A program made the translations under genes and the position numbers. The notes beneath the pieces were generated by a model. It did not search any database and was not told the DNA's origin. It saw only the letters and a list, made by a program, of their open reading frames with translations. Shown in pieces: positions 9,045 to 17,954 of a DNA stretch of 64,000 bases; position 1 is the first letter of the stretch; each line of letters opens with the position of its first letter. The stretch comes from Planctomycetota bacterium (GTDB taxonomy: Bacteria > Planctomycetota > UBA8108 > SXIK01): positions 4,352,001-4,416,000 of the forward strand of contig CBDCXR010000004.1 of assembly GCA_965223845.1 (NCBI GenBank). Reading direction: 5' to 3'.

Positions 9045-10829
9045 TCACCGCCCACTCCGAATGATTCTGATCGCGCGCTCGAGCACGGGGTCATTCCGTC
9101 CCAGGAAGTACTCCGGGCTCGGCTCGACGCGAACATCGGGAGCGACTCCATTCCCATCGAAGAGCTTCCCGTCGACCTGAAACGAGGCCATGGTTCCGAG
9201 TCGCACGTCGAGTGGACTACCGCTCAGCGGAATGCGCGTGGTAAACGCGCTCCCACCGCCGCTCGGAGTTCCGACGAGCGTCACGCCGCGCCAGCCCTTG
9301 AGCCCCGCGAGGAAGATATCCGTCGCGCTAAAGCACTTTTCGTTCGTGAGGACGACGACTGGCCGCCGGTAGTGGTAGACGCCCGGCCGATCGAGACGGC
9401 CGAGCACGAGGTAATGAAACTCGCTGAACTCGCCCGTCGGTAGCTCCCAGTCGGGCTTGAAGCGGCTGGCGAACGTTTTGATCGCCGCTCGTTCAGCCGC
9501 GTTCCAGCGTTCGTCGTTCACCCGATAGAGGAAACGGTGCTTCAGGTGATCTTCGGGGAGCGACGGGTCGAGACGGTACGCAGCGCAGTTCGCAACGCGC
9601 GGCTTGTCGCGGGGAGAGACGAGATACGAGAAGAAGAGCCGAAGTGCCTCCCGCGAACCGCCGCCGTTGTCGCGGACGTCGACGACGAGCCCACGCGTAT
9701 TTCGAAAGCGCGGCATCCATTCCTCGATTTCGGCGATCGCGGTCTCATCCATCGCTCGAATCCGGAGGTAGCCGATCTTTCCTGGGAGCTCGCGCGACTC
9801 CGTTCGCGGCCAAGTCCCGTAGGCGGGAAACCGTCTCGCGATCGGAAGCTCGATCCGGCGTCGTTTCCCGCGGGCCGATCGCAGCTCGACGCGAACGGTG
9901 CTCGATGAGGAATCGCCCAGCCGCGCGCGCCAGTGCGCGAGCCGACGCAGCTCCCGGAGGGCGTGGCGGCGCACGTACTGCGGAGAACCTTTCGGAACGA
10001 CGCTCGCCGCCCCGGAACACCATTCTTCGACCGTTCGGCCGTCGATCCGCGAAACATACGGATACTGGCTGTCGACAAAGGCCGACCGATCGGGCAAGAA
10101 CGCGACGAACTTCTCTCCGACCGGTTCGACGAGAAACGGCAAGAAGCCGTCGTCTCGGGTACGCGCGCTCTCGACACTCGCGTGGCCGTCGATGCCGAGG
10201 GCGAGAATCTCGGTGAGCCCGCGACTGAATTCCTCGAGACCGATCCCCTCGTCGACGCGCTTTCGGAGCGCCGCGATGGCTCCGTCGAAGTCCGCGCCGT
10301 TCGCCCGGTAGTACGACCAGCTTCTCCGGAGCGCGCGGGAGAATTCATCGAGCGCACGCGGGAAGTCATTGTCGTCCTCGCGCCTTTCGCCTCGTTGTCC
10401 CGCCCGAGCTCGCCGCACTCGCTCGCGATTGTCGTTCGTCATCTCGGCGCGCTCAACAACCGAGGCGTCGCGCGTCTTTCGATCGACGAGCTCGAGGCGA
10501 ACGGTCGTTCCCGGCGGTTTCCCTATCTCGCTCATCACTTCTACGAGATCTTCCGCGAAGCGCTTCTCCCAGTTGTCGGCGTAGGTCTTCCGGCAGAACT
10601 CGAGAATCTTGCGTGTCGAGAGGCCATCGATCGAGCGAAGCTCGTAGGCGCGCCCGTCGTACTCGACGCGAGCGCGAAGCCCGCGGCACTCCACTCGGGT
10701 AAACGGCGATAGCTTGGAGTAGCTTTGCGCGGAAGAGGGAATCGCCGTCGCGCAGCAAGCGACGACAGCCAAACATCGGACGAGAGGAGGCGGGAGCAAT
10801 CGAGCGAGCATTGCGGCGACGAACTCCAC
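9045..10829 (-). CDS. S41 family peptidase, secreted
   Basis: IGYLRI, DVRDNGGG, LTNEKCFSATD, VGTPSGG, GVAPDV motifs; signal peptide. Confidence 0.88.
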   Translation of the reverse strand: MEFVAAMLARLLPPPLVRCLAVVACCATAIPSSAQSYSKLSPFTRVECRGLRARVEYDGRAYELRSIDGLSTRKILEFCRKTYADNWEKRFAEDLVEVMSEIGKPPGTTVRLELVDRKTRDASVVERAEMTNDNRERVRRARAGQRGERREDDNDFPRALDEFSRALRRSWSYYRANGADFDGAIAALRKRVDEGIGLEEFSRGLTEILALGIDGHASVESARTRDDGFLPFLVEPVGEKFVAFLPDRSAFVDSQYPYVSRIDGRTVEEWCSGAASVVPKGSPQYVRRHALRELRRLAHWRARLGDSSSSTVRVELRSARGKRRRIELPIARRFPAYGTWPRTESRELPGKIGYLRIRAMDETAIAEIEEWMPRFRNTRGLVVDVRDNGGGSREALRLFFSYLVSPRDKPRVANCAAYRLDPSLPEDHLKHRFLYRVNDERWNAAERAAIKTFASRFKPDWELPTGEFSEFHYLVLGRLDRPGVYHYRRPVVVLTNEKCFSATDIFLAGLKGWRGVTLVGTPSGGGSAFTTRIPLSGSPLDVRLGTMASFQVDGKLFDGNGVAPDVRVEPSPEYFLGRNDPVLERAIRIIRSGR

Positions 10830-10976
10830 TTCGGGACAAGCGGCAGGCGCGATCGACCGGAAAGCGTGGCCTGCGATTCGAGTCGCACCGCGCGGCGCAC
10901 GATGGGTCTGTCGAAAGAGAGAGTCTAACGCGGCGGGCGACCGGATTCTCGCTCGATCGATGCGCGTCGACCCGTT

Positions 10977-12572
10977 CTATTCGTCGAGGATGGTGAGCTC
11001 GAAATAGAGCGCGTGCTCGGTGACCGACTGCTTGAACTCGTCGATCGTCGCCTGAAAATCGTCGCGAATGCGATCACGCAGCTCCTGGAATTCCGCCTCG
11101 GTGTACGAGGTCCAGGTCTTCGTCGAGTGCTCGACCGTCGTCATGTCCGGCTTCGCGTCGGCGAATCCGGAACCGCCCTGGATCACGCGTCCGCGCGTCC
11201 GCTCCAGAAGGCGAACGTAGAGCGGATGGAAGGGCATCGTCCAGCCCTTCTTTTCCCAGCTCCACTTCTCGTCGGTGGGGATCATCGCGACGAGGTCGGG
11301 ATCCGTCATCATTTCGAGACCGAGATCGCGAAGCGTCGCGTTGTGGCTTCCGTGATGGCCGACCTTGTAGAAAACGACGCGCCGGAGGAGATCCTCGGCC
11401 GTCCGCGGGAGGTAGTCCCCGTTGCTGTCGAGTCCGCCGAATTCGAGTTGATGCCAAGACAGCCAGTTTCCGACCTGCGCGTCGCCGGGAAAGAGAAGGA
11501 CCTTGCCGCTTCTCCGGAGCTCGAAGGCGAGAACGAGACTCGTATTGTTCGTGTCGTCGTCGAGCTGCAGCGCGAGATCCGCGGCTCGATCGAGCCAATC
11601 GTAGTCGATGCGGCGCCACGACTCGTCCGCGTCGTCCCCGTAGTGAGTGCGAAAGAACGGGTTCGTCTTCGCCTGCTCGAGTGGCACGCCGTGCACGCCG
11701 GCGAAGGGACGCTGCTCTTTCTCGAGCTCCCGGTCTTCGCCATCGAGATCGTCGAGGCGCGCACTGAGCGCGGCGGCGACGAAGCCACGATTCGAGTCGC
11801 GACGCTGGCGCGCGCCGTAGGCGGCGAGGTGGCCGTAGACCTCCGAGTGCGCACCGGAGCTCGGCGCCGACTTCTCGAGCAGCGCGCCTCGCGGCGGCCC
11901 GAGGACGTGGATGTCGACCTCCGGCACATCCTCGATTTCGAGCCAGTCCCCGGGCTCGAAGTAGTGGTGCGTCTCGGAGACTCCGCGCGCGACCTTGATC
12001 GCGCCTTCGGTTTTCGGACTGAACCGGAAGCCGAAGAGCGAGGCCTCCGCTGCGCCGCGATCCGGTTCACCGTCGTCGTCGAGTCCCGCGCCGACGCCCG
12101 AGAATCCGAGCACGCTCGAGATCTCCGCTCCCGCGTCGAGACCCGCCGCACCGAGCGCATCACTCGCCGCAGCGAGCGCGCGCAGTCGGTCGAACCTCTC
12201 TTCGCCGAGCTCTTGCGCTTCGGCGTCGTCCTCATTCTCCGTCCACGCGAACCAGATCTCGCCGAACTGGATCTTCGTTCGATCCTCGAGAATCTTCCGC
12301 GGTTTCGAGTAGCTGAACCCGCCGAGGTGATCGAAGTGCTCGTGAGTGATGACGAGGATGTCGATGAAGCCGCCCGTCGAAGTGCGGATGTCCTCGACGA
12401 TCTTCTTCAGATGATCGCTCCCCCCAGACGTGCCGTAGAAGATTCCGCAATCGATCAGGATGTACTTCGCGTTTCCGTCGTCTTGGCGAAGTGCAAGGAG
12501 GAGGCAATCACCGAGGCCGACACGGTACATGCGGACCGTCACACCGGATTCGGGCGCGTTGAGGCGCGGCAT
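10977..12572 (-). CDS. MBL-fold metallo-hydrolase (ComEC/Rec2-like, putative nuclease) with a large internal insertion
   Basis: VGLGDC, LIDCG, ITHEHFDHLGG, NNTSLVL, FPGDAQ, KVGHHGSHNAT; no signal peptide. Confidence 0.85.
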   Translation of the reverse strand: MPRLNAPESGVTVRMYRVGLGDCLLLALRQDDGNAKYILIDCGIFYGTSGGSDHLKKIVEDIRTSTGGFIDILVITHEHFDHLGGFSYSKPRKILEDRTKIQFGEIWFAWTENEDDAEAQELGEERFDRLRALAAASDALGAAGLDAGAEISSVLGFSGVGAGLDDDGEPDRGAAEASLFGFRFSPKTEGAIKVARGVSETHHYFEPGDWLEIEDVPEVDIHVLGPPRGALLEKSAPSSGAHSEVYGHLAAYGARQRRDSNRGFVAAALSARLDDLDGEDRELEKEQRPFAGVHGVPLEQAKTNPFFRTHYGDDADESWRRIDYDWLDRAADLALQLDDDTNNTSLVLAFELRRSGKVLLFPGDAQVGNWLSWHQLEFGGLDSNGDYLPRTAEDLLRRVVFYKVGHHGSHNATLRDLGLEMMTDPDLVAMIPTDEKWSWEKKGWTMPFHPLYVRLLERTRGRVIQGGSGFADAKPDMTTVEHSTKTWTSYTEAEFQELRDRIRDDFQATIDEFKQSVTEHALYFELTILDE

Positions 12573-12626
12573 CGTCGATACTCCGATTCGGAATGGACTC
12601 CGGGCTGAATCTACCGCGCGACGGAT

Positions 12627-14621
12627 CTATCCGCCGCAGGACCGATGGAGGGCGGCGAATGGCTCGCCCCGCCGCGAGCTCGAAGCACCGTAGTAAAGAG
12701 AGGCGAGCGAACCCTCGTCGCCGTGAATGAATCGCCGCTGGCGCTCGAGCCGGTCGCCGTCCGCTATGTCGCCGTGGGTGACGATCGCGTACCGGACGCG
12801 CCGGGCCTTGGGATCGAGGATCACCGTACACCCCGCGCGGTACGTAAAGTCTTCCGGCCCTACCTTACGCCCGGCGTCAGCCCGCTTTTGCTTCTCAGGA
12901 TCGAGATACCCGCGTCGCGACTGCGTAATGCTGAGGACGAGCTCGGTGGTCAGCTGTCCGCGAAATCCGGAGCGCCGCGCGGTTCGGACGCCGTGAACCT
13001 CGACCTCGGGAAGTCCGTCCTCTCCGGTGACGATCGTGCGGAGCTTCGTCCTTCCCAGCACGAGCCCGAGCGCACGCGCGGTCGCGGGACCGGCGAGCTC
13101 CCGAAGGCGATGGCGCACGATCTTCGCGCCTTCTCGCATCCCCCGCCACGCTTCCTCGCGGTCGGTCGAGAGATCCCAGGCGAGAGACCACTCGGCGTCT
13201 CCTTCGGCTCGGGGGTCGAACAGCCGATCGAGCTCCCGCCGGAGCTCGGTCTCGTCCACGCCTTCGAGCCGGAAGAACGGCCGCCAGCGGAGGCTGTCGA
13301 CGGAGAGACTGCGTACGCCGCGAGGATAGATTCCGTGGCGCCGAAAGGCCTCGACGAGCGCGATGCGGTAATGATGCGGATCATCTTCGAAGAGATCGCT
13401 GTCCGCGGTGATCAGCGCTCGCAAGTAGTCACCGAACGTGATGTCGACCGGCTGGCAATAGTCGATCGCGCGGATGCACATCCTGAGGACATGGTGCGCG
13501 GACTTTACCGCTTCGTCCGCCATCCGGTCGACGAGCTCGGGCGCGAGGCGACGTTCGGAGCCGCCATCGCCCGCGATCCGAACGAGATCGCTCACGCGGT
13601 TCGTGTAGATCGCGACGAACGCCTCGAACACCGCGGCAACGAGAATCGAGCCACGCGCGTGGGGCTCGCTCGTGCGTCCGAGGCGAGTCGGATCGGGTTC
13701 GCGCGGCCGCCATTCGCCACTCGTCGCATCGATCTCCCCGAGCGCGTCGCGAAGCGCCCCCCCGTGCCCGAGTCCGCGCCCGAACTCCTGCGCGAGCTCG
13801 CCGAGCAGATTCTGACGCGCGAGGTCGCCGCCGGTTTTCGCGATCTGATCTCGCAGCACCTCGCGGTGCGAAAAGTGCTGGAAGATCGCGACGAGATCGG
13901 AGAACGCTTCGTGAAACGCGAAGACATCCGGGTTCGAGACTTCCGCAAAGAGCGGGTGAACTCCGTCGAGGAGTGCGTGGGAAACCTCGTGGGCGATGAT
14001 GTCATGAGAGAGGCACGTGAAGACGATGTTCCCGGGCGCGTGAATCGTCGAGTGGCTCGACGCCGTGAAGTAACCGAAGAGGAGCGCCTTCTTGTCGGGA
14101 CTGTAGTAGGCGTTCGCCTCACGAAGAGCGTGCGGATAAACTCGCAGACGACGAACGAACTTGAGTTCGAATCCGCCGTCGTCGGTGAACTCTTCCCGCC
14201 CCGACCAGATGGCCACGCGACCGAGGGCCTCCTCGAAGAAGCCGATGGTGTTCATCGCGACGGCGTAGACCATCTGCTGATGGAACTGAGGGTGGTCTTC
14301 CGACGGAGCGAGTCCGTCCTGGGCGAGAAGGTGGGGATCGTTGAGATCGACGGGCGGATAGAAGCGGTCGCTCGCCGGGTCGATGTCGACCACCTCGAGA
14401 TACTCACCCACGGGACCGGGCTCGAGCGAAGACCGGCCCGTGCGAGGATCGTGCTCCCACGGCACGCAGAGAACGACCGAATTGATCATCGCGGTGTCGA
14501 GCCGACGCGCGAGACTCGGATCGAAGGCGTAGACGCGCAGACGCCGATGCGGCGGGCGCTGGACTCCGGACGGTGACGCGCCTTCCGAGCCCGGCGCGCC
14601 GCCCTGGTTCTCGTCGGTCAC
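12627..14621 (-). CDS. M4/M36-like gluzincin zinc metallopeptidase, cytoplasmic
   Basis: NAYYS, DIIAHEVSHALLD (HExxH), AFHEAFSD (ExxxD third ligand), EPHARG; GTG start with GAGG RBS; no signal peptide. Confidence 0.82.
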   Translation of the reverse strand: MTDENQGGAPGSEGASPSGVQRPPHRRLRVYAFDPSLARRLDTAMINSVVLCVPWEHDPRTGRSSLEPGPVGEYLEVVDIDPASDRFYPPVDLNDPHLLAQDGLAPSEDHPQFHQQMVYAVAMNTIGFFEEALGRVAIWSGREEFTDDGGFELKFVRRLRVYPHALREANAYYSPDKKALLFGYFTASSHSTIHAPGNIVFTCLSHDIIAHEVSHALLDGVHPLFAEVSNPDVFAFHEAFSDLVAIFQHFSHREVLRDQIAKTGGDLARQNLLGELAQEFGRGLGHGGALRDALGEIDATSGEWRPREPDPTRLGRTSEPHARGSILVAAVFEAFVAIYTNRVSDLVRIAGDGGSERRLAPELVDRMADEAVKSAHHVLRMCIRAIDYCQPVDITFGDYLRALITADSDLFEDDPHHYRIALVEAFRRHGIYPRGVRSLSVDSLRWRPFFRLEGVDETELRRELDRLFDPRAEGDAEWSLAWDLSTDREEAWRGMREGAKIVRHRLRELAGPATARALGLVLGRTKLRTIVTGEDGLPEVEVHGVRTARRSGFRGQLTTELVLSITQSRRGYLDPEKQKRADAGRKVGPEDFTYRAGCTVILDPKARRVRYAIVTHGDIADGDRLERQRRFIHGDEGSLASLYYGASSSRRGEPFAALHRSCGG

Positions 14622-14914
14622 TAGACTGCCTCTTCCTCTCTCGCCCGACTGCGTGCGGACGGAGACGGGTCGCGCGGCCTAAACCCGTACCCCATATGCC
14701 CATGCGCGCGATCGCCGAGCTCGCACGTTGAAGGCGCCGCAATCAACGAACGCGGCATCGAGTAGGCAGAATTGTGATCGAACAGGCGACGAATGTCCAG
14801 TTCGCCTCGACGCTCGACACTCCCGCTATTCGTTGCGCGGCGGATGAGGTAGAAGAGAACGGAACTGAAGAAAGCGTCACTCGAATTGTTCGCAACAGAG
14901 ATCTAGCTCGTGTC

Positions 14915-15481
14915 ATGAAACGCCCGATTCGCTGTGAATGGTGCGGGGACGATCCCCTCTACGTCTCGTACCACGACGAGGAATGGGGAGTCCCGGTTCA
15001 CGACGATCGAAAGCTCTTCGAGTTTCTCACGCTCGAAAGCGCGCAGGCTGGGCTGAGCTGGATCACCGTCCTTCGAAAGCGCGAAAACTATCGAAGGCTC
15101 TTCGCGGAGTTCGATCCGGAGCGCGTCGCGAGATTCAACCGCCGCAGCGTCGAGCGGCTGCTGCGTGACCCCGGAATCATTCGCAACCGCCAGAAGGTCG
15201 AAGCGGCGGTCAACAACGCGAAACGTTTCCTCGACGTAGTCGAAGAGTTCGGCAGCTTCGACTCGTACTCGTGGCGATTCGTCGGCGGCAAGACGATGAA
15301 GAATCGCTGGCGGACTCTTTCCGAAATCCCCGCGACCTCGAAGGAGTCCGACGCGTTCAGCCGTGATCTCAAGGCGCGCGGATTCAAATTTGTCGGCTCG
15401 ACGATCGTCTATGCGCACATGCAGGCCTGCGGCATGGTGAATGACCACGTCCGGTCCTGCTTTCGGCACGGCGAGGTGTAA
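14915..15481 (+). CDS. tag: DNA-3-methyladenine glycosylase I
   Basis: RCEW, YHDEEWG, LESAQAGLSW, IIRNRQK, GFKFVG, MQACGMVNDH...CF. Confidence 0.96.
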   Translation: MKRPIRCEWCGDDPLYVSYHDEEWGVPVHDDRKLFEFLTLESAQAGLSWITVLRKRENYRRLFAEFDPERVARFNRRSVERLLRDPGIIRNRQKVEAAVNNAKRFLDVVEEFGSFDSYSWRFVGGKTMKNRWRTLSEIPATSKESDAFSRDLKARGFKFVGSTIVYAHMQACGMVNDHVRSCFRHGEV

Positions 15482-15625
15482 GGGGAGTCGTCTCAACACC
15501 TTCCGACGTGGCAGCGCCGGAGCGTGGGGCAGGTCTCCGAGTGCGAAGTAGTTGATTCCGCGCAATTCGTCACGCGGAGGGCCGCTCGATCGCCCGCGAA
15601 CGGCGCGTGGTCCCGTCAGTTTCTC

Positions 15626-15654
15626 TTGCACTCCGTGCGCGGGGCCTCGACGAT
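15626..15654 (+). promoter_or_regulatory. Possible sigma70-type promoter for the repeat-protein gene
   Basis: TTGCAC-N17-GACGAT in the intergenic region about 185 bp upstream of the ATG; weak match only. Confidence 0.2.
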
Positions 15655-15837
15655 GGCGCGCGTGGGAACGATGGACAGGGGTCCTCACGGGCCGCAGGTT
15701 GTGGAAGAGGAGGCAGTCACTGGGTGATTCGACGCTGATTGTTGTGGTCCCCCATCCTCGATGTCGGCGGCCCCGATCGCTCGTCCGCGGGGATGCGGTC
15801 TCGCAGTTTGTGGTAGGCAGTTTTGGAGGGAGATCTC

Positions 15838-17865
15838 ATGTTGTGTCGGCTCGTGTTCGCGCTCGCTGCTCTGTTGGCGCTCGTCCCGTCGGACGACGCC
15901 CGCGGACAGCAGTTCAGCATCGATCATTTCAAGATCTACGACGTCGCGGATATTCCGACTCCCGCGTCCGTTCAGCTACGCGGCCAGTTCGACGAGGATT
16001 TCGTCCCGGCGCAGGTGCGTGCGCTCAGTTACTTCGCGACCCCGGTCGACAAGAACGGCGAAGGACTGATCAACCCGAACGCTCACTTGAGCTGGTACAG
16101 CATCGTCGAGCGCACGCGCACGGAACCGCGCTCGGTCATCGTGCGAAACCAGTTCGGGGAGGATCTGCTGACGGTCGGGCGACCGCTCTTCCTCCTCGCG
16201 CCCGCAGAGAAGAGGGAAGCAGGAAGTACGCGTCCGTCCAGGCTCAGCCACTTCAAGGTGTACGCGGTCAGCGAGACCGAGCCGATCAACGCGGTCGTTT
16301 CGCTCAAGGATCAGTTCGGCTCGAGCGAGAAGGTTCGCGTTCTCAATCCGATCCTGTTCGCCGTTCCGGTGGAGAAGATTCACGGGGACACCCGGGAAGA
16401 CATCGCCAACGAAGACGACCACCTCACGATCTATCGAGTCGCTCCGGCCGATCGCGAAGTGACCGATCAGTTCAAGACGGACCGTCCGATCGAGTTCCAT
16501 CCCTGCCGGTGGCTCGCGGTTCCGTCGAAGAAGCAGATCTGTGAAATCCCGCACTTCAAGGCCTACCCACTCGAAGCACAGCCCATCCAAGACAAGGTGG
16601 CGCTCAAGGGTCAATTCGACGAAGACTTCGTCGGGACGAAGCTCACTCGCCTGAGTCTCTTTGCGAATCCGGTGAGCAAGAACGGCGAGGGAATACCCGA
16701 TCGGAACGCCCATCTCAACTGGTACGAGATCGAGGGACCGACCGAGCCGGAGCGCACGCTCGAGATTCGTAACCAGTTCGGCGTCGAGCACATTCGCATC
16801 GGACAGCCGAAGTTTCTCGCGTCCCCGGCGGAGAAGCACGAGGAAGGAAGCGAGTTTCCGAAGCGCCTCGACCACTTCAAATGCTACGAAGTTCTCGAAG
16901 GACGGGCTCCCGACCGGGTCGTTTCGCTCGAGGATCAGTTCGGCCGCGACAACGAGATGCGGGTCCTCAAGCCTCGATTCTTTTGCGTTCCGGTGGAGAA
17001 GCTGCACGGGAGCGGCAAACCCACGCGCATTCACTGCCCCTCGCAGCATCTCACCGTCTACGACGTCGCGCCGAGGCCGCGAGTGGTAGTCGATCAGTTC
17101 GGAGTGCGTCAGATCGAGTTCGCGCCCTGTGAGCTTCTCTGCGTACCGACGCTGAAGAGGGTCACGGTGATTCCTCCGAAGCTCGATCACTTTGAAATCT
17201 ACGACGTCGAGCCCGTCTCGCCGAATCTCGGCCCCGACAATCGAGTCGATCTCACGGGCGCGGGCGGCGTGAGTCATGGGCACGTGTTTGTCGGCGACCA
17301 GACTCGCTTCGCCGTCGCCACGGACAAGAACGGCGAAGGTCTCGCAAACCGGCACGCGCATCTCACGGTATTCGATCTCGACCCGGACGGGTCGACGCCC
17401 GAGAGAACCGTCGAGTTCGAGAACCAATTCGGACCGCAATCGGCGCGGCTCGGAAGAAAGAGCCTCCTCCTCGTTCCCGCCCAAAAATTCGAAACTGGGA
17501 GCCAATTCCCGGCGGGACTCGACCATTACGTCGCCTTCGAGGTACTCGACGCGGCCGACACGGAGTTTGGCCCGGTGACGCTCGTAGACCAGCTGCCGTC
17601 GATCGGAGTCGAGAACGACCTCGAAGACCCTCGACCCGTACGCAAGCTGCGCTTCTTCGCCGTTCCGGTGCGGAAGAAGCACGGCGAAAGCACCTCGCCG
17701 GAAATTCAGAATCCGACGAAACACTTGGCGATCTACGACGTCGACCAGCGAAAGACGAATCAGCAGCGAGGCTGCCAGGATCAATTCGGACGACGCGGTT
17801 TCGTCATCCTGCAGAGCTCCATGCTCGCCGTACCGTCCGATTCGTCGACGTTCGCCGAGAACTGA
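15838..17865 (+). CDS. Secreted protein with three ~210-aa tandem repeats (HFKxY / DQFG / PVxKNGEG / HLxxY motifs)
   Basis: GGAGGGAG RBS before ATG at 15838; signal peptide; repeats begin near 15922, 16549 and 17185. Confidence 0.85.
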   Translation: MLCRLVFALAALLALVPSDDARGQQFSIDHFKIYDVADIPTPASVQLRGQFDEDFVPAQVRALSYFATPVDKNGEGLINPNAHLSWYSIVERTRTEPRSVIVRNQFGEDLLTVGRPLFLLAPAEKREAGSTRPSRLSHFKVYAVSETEPINAVVSLKDQFGSSEKVRVLNPILFAVPVEKIHGDTREDIANEDDHLTIYRVAPADREVTDQFKTDRPIEFHPCRWLAVPSKKQICEIPHFKAYPLEAQPIQDKVALKGQFDEDFVGTKLTRLSLFANPVSKNGEGIPDRNAHLNWYEIEGPTEPERTLEIRNQFGVEHIRIGQPKFLASPAEKHEEGSEFPKRLDHFKCYEVLEGRAPDRVVSLEDQFGRDNEMRVLKPRFFCVPVEKLHGSGKPTRIHCPSQHLTVYDVAPRPRVVVDQFGVRQIEFAPCELLCVPTLKRVTVIPPKLDHFEIYDVEPVSPNLGPDNRVDLTGAGGVSHGHVFVGDQTRFAVATDKNGEGLANRHAHLTVFDLDPDGSTPERTVEFENQFGPQSARLGRKSLLLVPAQKFETGSQFPAGLDHYVAFEVLDAADTEFGPVTLVDQLPSIGVENDLEDPRPVRKLRFFAVPVRKKHGESTSPEIQNPTKHLAIYDVDQRKTNQQRGCQDQFGRRGFVILQSSMLAVPSDSSTFAEN

Positions 17866-17886
17866 CGTTCCATCGAGGCTGAACGA

Positions 17887-17931
17887 AGCACCGCCACCGC
17901 GACTCGTCGAGCAGTCCGCGGTGGCGGTGCT
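17887..17931. terminator. GC-rich hairpin between convergent genes (probable terminator)
   Basis: Perfect 15-bp inverted repeat AGCACCGCCACCGCG / CGCGGTGGCGGTGCT; no strong U-tract. Confidence 0.6.
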
Positions 17932-17954
17932 CGGTTCGGAATCGATCGCGTCGA

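Noticed and set aside
15922-17865. DNA-level repeats resembling an array
   Set aside because: They are coding repeats with synonymous divergence, not CRISPR repeat-spacer units; no cas genes seen.
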